DNA of 64,000 bases from Chiloscyllium plagiosum (lineage: Eukaryota). A program made the position numbers and the translations under genes. The stretch spans positions 8,816,387-8,880,386 of the forward strand of contig NC_057752.1 of assembly GCF_004010195.1 (NCBI RefSeq), in the 5' to 3' direction. Positions within the stretch are counted from its first letter, which is position 1; each line of letters begins with the position of its first letter. This document shows positions 24,524 to 36,336 of this stretch, in pieces. The notes beneath the pieces were generated by a model. It saw only the letters and a program-made list of their open reading frames with translations. It did not search any database and was not told the DNA's origin.

Positions 24524-25140
24524 TGTTATAGACCAGGCCAGACCCCTTGAAAACATTTCAAGAAGGCAGCCCAGCCCCTGCCTTTTCTAGTTGTATTTAG
24601 CAGAAAGAGTGGATATTCCAGGAGTGATGCAGCTGGCCCAACCACTCCGTTTTAAACAAAACAGAATTTATTTATACACGAGCAAAAGAGAACAGAACAT
24701 GGAATAACATAACATATCTGAAAACTCCATCAACTCTATCACAACTTAATGATGCTGTTCCAAATACTTGCAACATCCCCATAAACACCCCCTTGGCAAA
24801 CAAAAGGTAAAATTAAACACAGGTTCTGACAGGAGAGATGTCAGAGAGAGAGGGGATCAGCTCAGAACTGCTTCTTTGGGTCAAGCAGCTTCTCTGGATT
24901 CCCAGCTAAAACCTGACCAGCAGCTGTAAACAAACAGCCAGACTGCTAAACCCAAACCAAACTAAACCCTGAACTATGAGAAACTGGCCACTCCCCTTTC
25001 ATTGTACAAGTGTTTTTAAAAAACTCTTGAAAGGCTTCTCAAGTAGATTTTTCCAGACATACCGGAACCTCTGCCTTTAAGATCCCTTGAAAACAAAACC
25101 AAGCACAACATAACCTTGTTAAAGGCGCAGCATCATCACA
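24524..25140 (-). mobile_element. Solo LTR, same family as 4044-4968
   Basis: tgttat...tcaca termini; near TSD atta/gtta; collinear similarity to 4044-4968. Confidence 0.82.
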
Positions 25141-25149
25141 GTTATGGTC

Positions 25150-26030
25150 GCTCATTCTCAAGGGGCCTTGCACAGCTAGTTTGCAAATTATTCCTTTCTC
25201 ACTACACAATACCTAGTCTAGGATGGCCTGTTCTCCAGCTGCTTCCTCAATGTACTGGCCCAGAAAACCATACCATATGCACTCCAGAGTTCCTCCTCTC
25301 CAATATTGTTACTAATTTGACCTGTCCAATCTCTATTCAAATTAAAGTCACCATAATTACAGATGTTCATTTATTGCTTGTGTCTCTAATTCTTTGTTAA
25401 ATGCTGTCCTCAACATTACTACTACAGTTTAGGGATCAATATAGAACCCCCATTAATGTTTTCTGCCCCTGGTTGTTTCTCAACCCTACCCATACAGATT
25501 CCACATATTCAGGGCTGACATCCTTCTTCACTATTGCGTTCATTTCCTCTTTAAGTGGCAATGCAACTCCACTGCTTTTTCCTTTTTTTCTGTCCTTCCA
25601 AAATATTGGATACCCCTGGTCACCCTGCAGTCATGTCTCCATAATCCCACCTATATCAGACCTGTTTTCATCTATGTGCATGATTAATTCACCCACTTTA
25701 TTGCAAATACTCTGCACATTAAGGCACAAAGCTTAAAGGTTTGTCGTTTTCACATTATTTGTGCCATTCCCATTATTTTCACTGTTTCCTTGTTTGCTCC
25801 TGGCCCTTGATTTCTCTGCATATCACTTTTCTTGAATAAACTTTCTATCGTTTGCTCTTGTCCTTGATTCCTCTTCCTCTGACTCCTGGCATAGGTTCCC
25901 ATCCTCAAGCCATTTTAGTTTAGAGCCTCCCCAACCACTCTAGCAAACACTCCACATAGGACATCAGTTCTGGTCTTGCCCAAGTGTAATCCATCTAGTT
26001 TGTGCTGGTCCAGGAATCTGGAAACCTCCC
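25150..26030 (-). mobile_element. Old CR1 ORF1-end/endonuclease relic
   Basis: Decayed APE-region motifs on the minus strand (ETW, GYPIFWKDRK, YR/NGVL). Confidence 0.55.
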
Positions 26031-26173
26031 TGGCACTTAAAATAACCCCACAAAGGCCAGTATCCCATCACCAAGTGACCCTTTATTTACACGTGCATAG
26101 TACTTGACATGGACCCAACTAGCTCAGAGCCAGCTCCTAGAATGAGCAGAACCCCTAACACGCCTGCTAATAT

Positions 26174-26228
26174 TTTTCATCCTTTTTTTCTCTTTTATTC
26201 TATATCTTCCCCAACTCACTCATGGCTC

Positions 26229-26265
<37 letters not shown>

Positions 26266-26775
26266 TTGCAAAAACTTTATTCTATCTTTTCCACCACCAG
26301 GAAAACACCTCTGTGGCTAGTGAAACATTAACAAACAAAGCTTGATAAGGACAAAGCTTACATCAAAGGGTAAAAGGGATGAGGGTGAGGAAGGGAGAGT
26401 AAGAGGGGACTAAATCAAAATACTGTTGGAGGGGGAAATAAAGCACTCCTCACCCCGTGGTGCCCACTTCTCCCTAAAGGCATTGAGAGCATTGGCAGGC
26501 ACCACATTTCCTTCTCCAGGGACACCCGGGCTCAAACGTAACCATGGCAGAGGGGGCAGGCAGTCAGCAGAGATGACCCCCTCCACAGCCCGCTGCCTGG
26601 ACCCGTTTATGGCTAGCTTTGCTAGGCCCAGGAGCAGACCCACGAGGAGATCCTCCGATCTGCCTGGGTACCCACTCGAGTGGGGCTGATGTACAACCAA
26701 AAGCAAAACAGAAGACCTTTCAGGTAACTAAAAAGGGGAAGCAAATGCCCACAACCGATATATAAATGGTCCATG
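26174..26775 (-). mobile_element. Tx1/L1-clade non-LTR retrotransposon 3' fragment inside the Gypsy 3' LTR
   Basis: ORF2 C-terminus LLVGLLLGLAKLAI..SR...FREKW; 3' UTR with AATAAA, (TA)n(CA)n and A-rich tail; decayed TSD 26157-26173 / 26776-26792. Confidence 0.75.
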
Positions 26776-29700
26776 GATACTCCTGTTTATTTCTGTCAGC
26801 TAGGACTTCCTGATTGGACCAGATTAACAGCCCTATTCAGAGAACTCATACTCTGAGATCCACCTGGCTGATCTGGTTCCAATCACTATATCCCTTCCCT
26901 CTGAGTCTGGGGACACAGGCCTCTTCTTTGTCTTGTAGCTTCTCCTGGGGTGTTTTTGTATTAGGTCCAGTTCCTCAGATTCTACCTCGGATACTGGCAG
27001 TGTACACCGAACCGTGACCCGTCTCTTGCACCCCGAGTACCATGGTCCAAAGTCATCTTCTTCTGCAGCTGGCATTGAGATTGTGACGTCTGCCGTGTCT
27101 ATCTCGTCCTCAGAGGCTTCTTTGACACTCGCCAGAAGAGAGAATACATAGGTTCTGACAGCCTTGCCAGATGTTCGCGGGGCCAGGTATGTTTTTCTCC
27201 CACCCTATTTGCAGGTTTGCAGTTTTCATGTGTTCCATGTGCTTACTTAGGAACACCTCTCCTACCTGAACTTTGTACATCACGGGACCTCACATTGGCC
27301 ATGTGTCTTACCTGTGCAGGGCCATTCCTGTGGTTCCTATACCAAACTTCGTCCCCTGAAGTAGGCTACTTCTCTCGCTTAGTGGTGTCTTGTGTCTGAT
27401 AATCACATCCTTGATGCAATTTCACCTTCCCCTACCAAGTCTAGGACGATCAGATTTAACCTCCCCATTAGCAACCCTGCTGGAGCTATCCCTGTAGTTG
27501 CGTGAGGGGTGGTCCTACGATCAAATAGGAACCAGAACAGTTTGGTAACATGTGATGCTGTAGGCTGTTTCATTAAGCCAGCCTTCAAAGTTCAGACAGT
27601 GCTTTCCACCAGACCATTGGACAATGAATGGTATACAGGTGTCATTACATGCTAAATGGCATTCAACCTCAGGAAATACTCAAATTCTCTGCTAATAAAT
27701 GATGGCCTCTTATATGTGACCAACACCTCCGGGAGTCTGTGTATTAAAAAAGATGCTCACAAATTTTCAAGTGTTGCCTCTGTGTTTGATGAATGAACTG
27801 TATGCACATCCAACCACTTTGAGTGGGTGTCCACAATGACTAAATAATAGAGTCCATGAAAGGACCTGCAACATGTAACCGAGTCCAGGATTTACCCAGC
27901 CATTCCCATGAACATGGGGGAACTGCTGATGGTAATGTTTGTCCTTGTTGGCCTTCTGTGCACTGCCCCACCAATGTGATTACATCTGCATCCAATCCTG
28001 GCCACCAGACATAACTTCTCGCTAATATCTTCACTGGATAACCCTGGTAGAGTTCAGCCAGTATGTTGTCCTCCACTGTGATACGTCCCGTTGGGTCCAA
28101 AAAGGTTTCAATTCTACTTGTGATGGCCCTTTTGTTTCCCCCATCACCTTCAGCAGTTTTGTTTTGCCAGGCAGCCACCATCTGATACTTTTATCGGTGA
28201 CTGGAAGGGTGTGCAGAAAGTTGAAAACCTGAACGGACTATTCTAGTGGCAGCACCACTGGTTGTGCATCTGCCAGTGGGAGGTGGCTCAAGGCATCCAC
28301 GTTTGCTACGTGACCTCCCAGATGGTGTTCCAACATGTCATTGTATGCACTTAGAATGAAAGCACACTGCTGAATTCATCTTCAAGCTATGAGACTCCTA
28401 AAGTAGCCCGAGCAGTGGTTTGTGGTCTGTTGCCATTACAAGTTTACATCTGTAAAGATATTGGTGGAACTTTCTCACACCAATGATGACTGCCAAACCT
28501 TGTTTCTCTTCTTTTGGCAACAGCCAAAATCGGGGAAGTATAAGCTATTGGGCGTTCCTCTCCGCTGGGCTAACACTATCTGATATTGTACGGGGAAGCA
28601 TTGCATGTCATCACCAGATCTTGCCTGGGATCATAGTGTGCCAAGATCTTCGACGACAATAGCTTCTTCTTCACTAAAGGCTACATTTGGGCTACGAGAT
28701 TGTTTCAAAGGCTAACCCTTTTTCATTAGCAGATGTAAGGGTAATAGGATGAACATCAGTTTATGTATGAATTTTCTATAATAATTCACCAACCTAAGGA
28801 AAGACCTAAGCTGTGGTACAGACGTGGAGGCCAGGGCACCTTTGATCACACTCATTTTATCCTCCAACAGGTGTAACCTGGTCTTGTCAACTCTGTAACC
28901 CAAGTAGGTCTCTTGGGGTGCTTGGAACACACCTTTTTCCCTCCGGAGGTGTATACCCACCTTGGAGAAATGTTGAAGCATTATGTCCAAGTTCTCTAAA
29001 TGTTCTTTTTTAGTCTTCCTGGTTTTCAGCACGTCACCTCAATAAATGGCAACCTGGGGTAAACCTTGTAAGATGTTCTCCATGGTCCACTGGAAAATGG
29101 CACAGGATGACGATACCCCAAATGGCAGTCTCACATATTGGTACAAACCCTTATGGGTATTCATTGTAGCATACTTCTGGGAATCCTCATCTAATCGCAA
29201 TTGCAGGTATGCATGGCTCATGTCCAGCTTTATGAAGGACAGCTGCCCTGCCAGATTTGCGTTAAGTCCTCTATGCAAGGGATTGGGTATTTATCCAACT
29301 GCAAAAAGCAGTTTCCTGTTATTTAAAATCCTCACAAAGGCGAACCGACCCAATGGGGCTTCACAATCGGTATGACAGGTGCTGCCCATTCCACAAACTA
29401 CACTGGTTGGATGATTCCTTCACTTTCCAGCCCCTGATTTCTGCCTCTACTTTCATAAGGCAGATGGCACTGCGCAGGTCTCGCAGAATCATGGAATTGC
29501 TTCCTGGTCAACATGCCAGGTGGCCTTGGCTCCTTTGATAGTCCCTCAACCTTCCTGATAAATTTCCAGGTATTTAGTTAGGCATTCACTCAGGTAGACA
29601 TTTTCTAATCAAAACACGTTGGGATAATCAAGGTGAATCTTTCTCAACCAATTCTGCCCCATCCAGCTTGGGCCTGAGCCTTTTACTACAATCAGTGGGA

Positions 29701-30604
29701 ACTGAGCCAGCTGCTTCTCATAAGGGACCAGAACTGAACTTGTACTCTTAATCTGTAAAGGTTCCCCGGTATAGGTTTTTCAGCTTGTCTGAGGTCTTGC
29801 ACATGCTGAAGAATTGGAGTCCAGAGTAAATTTTGGTGAAGTTCCGCAATCACTGAAACAGCCACTCCAGTCAAGCAGCATCAGAGAAACCTAGACCTGA
29901 AACGTTAACTCCCCTGCTCCCCTGAAGCTGCTTGATCTGCTGTACTTTTTGCAGCTCCATGCTTTATCAATTGCACATCATTAATCCCACATACCAAACA
30001 GTCTCTCAGCACTTCATTAAGGGTTAAACCAAAATCACAAGCCTTTGCCAGTAGTCTTAACCTCATCAAAAATTCTGATGGATTCTCCTGGTTCTCGAAG
30101 TGCCAAATAAAACCAATCACGTCTCAAAATTGGGGGAGGCTTGGGGTGGTAATATTCCTCAGCTAAATCAGTCAACTCTTGAAAGGTTTTAGTATCTCGT
30201 GCCTCAGGGAAATGTTAGGCTTCTAACAACCACAAAAGCTGTGGATCCACAAGTGGTCAGGAGAATTACTAAATTGCTTTTTATCTGCCTCAGTGTCATT
30301 TGCCCAGAGAAAACCTCATTCTTTCCACATACTAGACCCAGTCTTCAACAGCAGGATCAAACAAGTCAAGCTTCCCAAATAGCAGCATGATACCAGAAAT
30401 GCTTACCCCAATTCCAAGATGATTGTTGAAGCGAATGTTTTCAGGGATATGTATTCCTTTCATCGCCACTGGAAATACCTCCATGAAGGCCGATATCCTG
30501 TCACCAAGTCAGCCTTTATCTACACGTGCACAGTACATGACACTGACCCAGCTAGCACAGAGTCAGCTCCTAGAGTGAACAGAACCCCGCACATTCCTGT
30601 TTAT

Positions 30605-31029
30605 TTCTTTTCTTTCCCTTTTTTAGGAAGTGACAATGGAAATTGAAGAGGTACTGGCCAGAAACTTTAAGTCTTCCTTTGTCTCAGAGGTGATGTCACC
30701 TGACTGCAGAATCTGAACACGTTACATCCTTGCTCAAAACATTTTGCTGGGCTCAACCTAGCAATTACAGATCAGTTAATTGGACTAACAGGCACATGAA
30801 GAAATGTAGATCCATTAGAGTGAGCTGGCATGACTTCTTAAGGGACAATCGCATTTCATTAATTCATCTGCAAGGACTATGTATCATTCTATTTTGAAAT
30901 TTAAATGGTAAAATGGAGGAATGGACTGCTCCAATGTGGAGAATGAACCATATAATCAAAGGGACAGTGGAAAATATGTGGGTGTTCTTCTATTAGTTAC
31001 ACAAGAGCCCTGAAATAACTGCACAGAAA
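30605..31029 (-). mobile_element. A-tailed retroposed passenger sequence inside the Gypsy 5' LTR
   Basis: Decayed TSD cacattcctgtttat / gatactccagtttgt; minus-strand A-rich tail; body resembles an old CR1 ORF2 piece in antisense. Confidence 0.6.
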
Positions 31030-31189
31030 GATACTCCAGTTTGTATCTGTCAGCCAGGGCTCCCTGACTGGACCAGATTAACAGCCCCAATCAGGGAACT
31101 CATATTCTTTGAGATCCACCTGGTTAACCTCGTCACAATCACTGCAGATACTTTCTGGAGTTGAACATTACTCATTTTCTGGGTTCACG

Positions 31190-31640
31190 CAAGACCACAT
31201 GAGATAGGAACTGAAGCAGGCCATCCAGTCCATCGAGCCTGTTACACAATTCACTGAGATCATGGCTGATCTAATAATCCTCAACTCTATTTTCGCCATT
31301 TTCAACTCTCCCACAGGCGGAAACAACCATTCTGCACCTATCCTGTCAAGTCCTCTAAGAATCTTGTATGTTTCAATAAGGTCACCTCTCTTTCTTCTAA
31401 ACTCCAATGAGTACAGGCCCAACCTACTGAACCTCTCCTCATAAGACAGCTCCTCCAAACCCAAGATAGGCTGAGTGAACTTCATCTGGAATCTCTCTAA
31501 TGCCAATATATCTTTCCTTAGATAAGGGACCCAAGATTGTTCTCAGTACTATATTCCACTGTGTCTGACTAGTATCTTGCATAACTTTTAAACAAGGCTT
31601 CCTGACTTTTACACTCCATTAACTTTGAATTAAAGGCCAA
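31190..31640 (-). mobile_element. CR1-group LINE 3' fragment
   Basis: GLEELSYEERFSRLGLYSLEFRRKRGDLIETYKIL. Confidence 0.85.
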
Positions 31641-32709
31641 CATTCCATTTGCGTTTCCTGTTGAACTTGGATGCCATTCACTCATGGGATGTGAGTATCG
31701 CTGGCTGGGCCAGCATTTATTGCCCATTCCTTGTTGCTCTTGAGAAGGTGGTGGTGAGCTACCTTCTTGAACTTCTACAGTCCAGTTGGTGTTGTTCCAC
31801 CCACAATGCCAATAGGGAGAGAGTTGCAAGATTTTGAGCCAGGTAGATATATTCTTGTTAAGCAAGTGGGTGAAAGGTTATCTGGATAGATGGGGATGAA
31901 GATCTGAGGTTACATCAGAAGCTGAAAGAATTGGGGATACTGTAAATCAGAAACAAAAACAAAATGTTAACTCTGATTTCTCTTTACAGATGCTGCCTGA
32001 TCTCCTGAGCTTTTCCAGGAACTTCTGTTTTTGTTTCTGAGGATACAACCACATCAGCCACGATCTTAGTGAATGGCTGAGTAGGTTGAGGAGCTGAATG
32101 GTCTACTCCTGCTCCTTGTCCATATGTTTCTTTATTCATATACAGTACTAAGGAAATGTTGTATCATCAGGGATACCACCTTGTCGCATTAAGCTGAGCC
32201 CCCTGATGGAACATATAATGGCATTATTAGAAAAAGAAATGGAAGTTCTCCTTTTCCTTTCCCTTGACCAACGCCATCGAAAACAGGTTGTCTATAAGCT
32301 CATCTCATTGCATTTTGTGAAATCTTGTTGCCATGTCACTGAACTACAACTGCCCTTCATATCTGAGTTAGGGATGGGGGAAAACTTGCCATTTATCAAC
32401 CCAAGCCTGAACATTGCCCAAGACTTGCTGCATGTGGACACAGACCATTCCCATATCTGAGGAGTTATGAATAGTGCTGAACATTGTGCAGTCATCAGCA
32501 AACATCCCCACTTCTGACCTTATCATGGAAGGAAGGTCATTGATGAAGCAGTTGAAGATGATTGGGCCTGGGAAATTACCCTGAGGAACTCCTGCAGAAA
32601 TGTCCTGGGACTGAGATGATCAGCCTCCAACAACTATAACCATATTCTTTTTACGAGGTATGAGTCCAATTATTTGCCCCCTCATTCCTCTCAAGTTTGG
32701 TTTTGCCAT

Positions 32710-33225
32710 GGCTCTTTGAGCTGGAGTATGGAGTACAGTTCCGGTTGCCACATTTTAGGAAGGATATGAAGAGAGTTTACAAGAATGGTTCCGAGGGTGA
32801 AAAACTTTAGGTTTGAGGATAGATTGGAGAAGTTGAGTCTGTTTTCCTTGAAGAGGAGAATGCTAAGAGAAGATCTGATTGAGATTTTCAAAATTGTGAA
32901 AGATCTGGTCAGAGTAGTCAGGGAGAAGCTGCTCCTGCTTGTAAACAGATCAAGAACCAGAGGACACAGATTTCAAGTGATTTGCAAAATAAGTAAATGC
33001 GACATGAGAAAAAAAAAGCAAGTGGTTCAGATCTGGCATGTACTGCATGGAAGTGTGGTGGAAGCAGGTTCAGTTGAGACAAATGGAAGGTATTAGATGA
33101 TTGTTTGAATAGACATAGTATGCAGGGTTATGGGGAAAGGACAGGAAAATGGCAATAAGTCATTTGAAGAATCAGTGCTGGCACAACTGGCTGAGTGATC
33201 TCCTGCATCCTAACACTTCTGTCAT
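32710..33225 (+). mobile_element. CR1-group LINE 3' fragment
   Basis: EDRLEKLSLFSLKRRMLREDLIEIFKI...SRTRGHRF. Confidence 0.8.
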
Positions 33226-35318
33226 TCTGTGGTGCCATATTCAGTCAAATGTTTAGATTTAGATTTTATTGCCATGTGTACTCAAGTATAGAAGTACAGG
33301 AACATAGTGGAAAGTATCTAATGGCGCCACACACTGCACTATCCTAGGTTCGAAGGTACCTAAGTGCAAAAAACTCAGGGACAAAGTAGTAAAAGAAACA
33401 AAATTAACAAGTTAAGCATTACAGACCTTCATAGAATAAGTAGAAAAATAAAGAAATAAGGTAATAATTAACATTAAAGTCCATCTTAATATAAATGAGA
33501 AAAATAAAGGAATAAAGTTAGAAGTTCAACAGTTTCTGATGACTGCTTGCTGAGGCCTCATCTCTGCTTAGCTCACTCTCCAGGAGACCTCAGCTGCCTG
33601 TTCTCAAAATTACTGCCGCAGATACCAGGGGACCGCCCTCACTGTTCGCTCTTCCTGCATCAGGCTGCAATGCCATCACTGCTGCTAATGCTTCTGAAGC
33701 TGTTGCCTCTGATCTCTTCTTGCTGCCTCTGGAATATGTCCGGACAGGACCCACTCGCAGTCTCTGATCACCGGGTACGCGCTGGGTCCCACTCTCACCA
33801 ACGATTGCCTCGGACACCAGAATAAGACACTATCCTGGGCTCCAAAAGACTCCCACTCCGAGCCGAGAGACCGCCATGGGCCACCAAGAGACCACCACAG
33901 GTCACTGAAAGACCCCCACGCCAGGCCGGGAGGCTGCCATGCTGAGAGGACACCTTGCCGGATCCCTGATGAGGTTGGGAGAAGAAAGAATGTTGCCTTG
34001 ATAATAAGTTACACTCTTTTTCCCTTTTGAGTTCATGTTTGGACTAAGACTGTAATGAGGTCAGGAGGCGAGTGCCCCTGGCAGAATCCAAACTGAGCAT
34101 TAGTAAGCATGTTATTACTGTGAAAATGGGATGATATCCCTTGATCCTGGTGCAGAGCAGACTTGATGGGCAGAATGGCCTACCTTCACTCCTACATCTA
34201 ATGTGACTTCAATTTATTAGTTTTCTGCAGGTAAACACAACTTAGTTTCCTACCATGTGTTGCTTTCCAGTTTATATTATGGAACCATAAACTAGTAGAA
34301 ATACTATATTAAAGGGAAAGTGAAATGTTCTTCTGTTCCCATTGTTACAAGCAGTTCCTTTTTCTTTGTGGCAGTGATTCATGAGGGACAAATTGCATCT
34401 TGTTCATTGCAGCCATGTGAGTGGCAGATGGAACCTGGACACAAAGTGCTCCACAGGGCTACTGATGAAGTTCACCACAGAATGAGTCGCTGACGTCACC
34501 CATGCTCTACCATGAGGGAGAATAACACTTGGACTTAATTATCATACATCCTCTGAATTAGTTATTGAGTGGTACTAGCAGATGCAGTCCTCTCACTTCA
34601 ATGTAACTTGTGTGATGCAATATTTAAGTTTCTAATCATTTAGAACATTTTTTTAAAACTAACATGGTGAACTGCTTCAATTTCTCAGTCACATAATCTG
34701 TGACTTCTGATGACTTGTTTTAGGTAAGTGCTCAGAGTTTTGTCCCAGCGCAGTAACTTGGAAATAGGACTGAACTGAGTGAATTCAAGACAGAACAGAA
34801 GGTTGCATCACTTAATAGGTGGTCCAGGCAGCTTCTTACCCTTCAGATCAAAAGCCTTCACACTTTGCCATTCAAGTTACCTAAAAGATGCCCAAATTCT
34901 CTCTCATTTAAAAAACAGGTTATCAGCAAATTACATCTTACAAGGCTGGCAGAGCAGTCATCTACCTCTGGATAGGTTACTGAGTGATCACATTTTCCTA
35001 ATTCTTTCTTCAACACAACCTTACAAACGCCACGTGTATTGTAATGTTGAACTAATGTAAGGATGCCTGCAAAAAGGCATAACCTAGATCGGACTTACAG
35101 TGGATAGGGGCTCTGGCACAATTTAAATAATGGGGACTGCTATATTTAAAATAATTATGTGATATAGCTGCGTATTGTAATTTTGGTTACTGCTTGCTTG
35201 GAGGCACTCACTCAATTACTTGTATTTCTTACCGCTGTCTCTTACTCCTTGTATTTGTTGATTTGGAAGATAGCAATATGCATCCCTTTGAAAATATAAT
35301 CTAAATGCAAAGCAAGTA

Positions 35319-35511
35319 CAGGTCATTCTGCTTTAACACGCCAGTTGTGTTCCTCTGCAACCTCGCGCTACGCTCTGTGGAAAACCGCTATAGAAAAATT
35401 GCAAAACCCGTTCAGGAGAAAGTTCATGTTATCCAAACAATGTCCATAATTGGTCAATTGCGTTATAGCCAATTTGCACTGACGAAACGTACATTATAGC
35501 AGAATGATGTG
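35319..35511. mobile_element. Tc1/mariner (Tigger/pogo-like) MITE
   Basis: About 19-bp TIRs caggtcattctgctttaac / attatagcagaatgatgtg, preceded by TA. Confidence 0.65.
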
Positions 35512-36336
35512 CAGAAATGACGGATGTGGTCCGTTTACTTTGAATGCACAGCAGCCAATAATGGAGCAATAGAAGGTTGAATCCGATGTCCATGACTATC
35601 AGTGGAGAATGCTTTCACCAGGCAGCAAATAATTGGTTCATCGTTAAACAAATCAGAAGGAAGAAATAGGGTGTTATAGACACAAAATATAATGCAACAT
35701 AGTCGCATCAAATTGAACGAAATTAGACTTTTGGAAGTACTTCCATTGCTCATAATGGTGAGCCTGCATTCTTAATTGTGCTGTCATGAGGAAATTAAGA
35801 CTGCAAAGCAAACAGTTCTCTGTCTCTGGCAAAGTATCAGTTTGCAAATTCTGCTGCTTTCTGTGGCACTAACCAGAAAGAAAGATTTGTTTTAAATAAT
35901 CACTACATTATTAATCCATTTTTTTTGGCTGCCTATTTTAATCACAAGGTAATCTGACATACAATGATTCATGCTCCCATTCTGATATAATTCATATCTC
36001 ATGTCATGTCATTGCACACTCATCCATTATTGTTTGATTTAACTCCTGCTTTCTTGCTCCTTTGTAACTTTGTTTTTATTCACTCGGGAGGAGGGCATCA
36101 TTGGCAAGGCCAGTATTTATTGTCCAGAGAGTAGTTAAGAGTCAACCACATTGCTGTGGGTTTGGAGTCACATGTAGGTCAGAGCAGGTGAGAATGGCAG
36201 TTTCCTTCCCGAAAGGACATTAGTGAACCAGATGGGTTTTTCTAACAATTGATTCATGGGCATCATTAGATCCTTAATTGTAGATTTTTACCTTACTATG
36301 TCCAAACTGGCTGTCATGTTTCTTCTGTACAACAGT

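Larger units (their letters stand above)
26038..31146 (-). mobile_element. Decayed Ty3/Gypsy LTR retrotransposon (element 2, same family as element 1)
   Basis: LTRs 31146-30470 and 26890-26038; PBS-like gtggcgatga; PPT at about 26891-26905; gag (LRDCLVCGIND), RT (KLDMSHAYLQL, RLPFGVSS), RNase H and integrase (ARSYVWWPGLD) fragments. Confidence 0.9.

Noticed and set aside
33255..33990. Repeat-like block with a (tttaga)n end and short GC-rich iterations
   Set aside because: Probably a retroposon fragment, but no family, TSD or boundaries could be supported.
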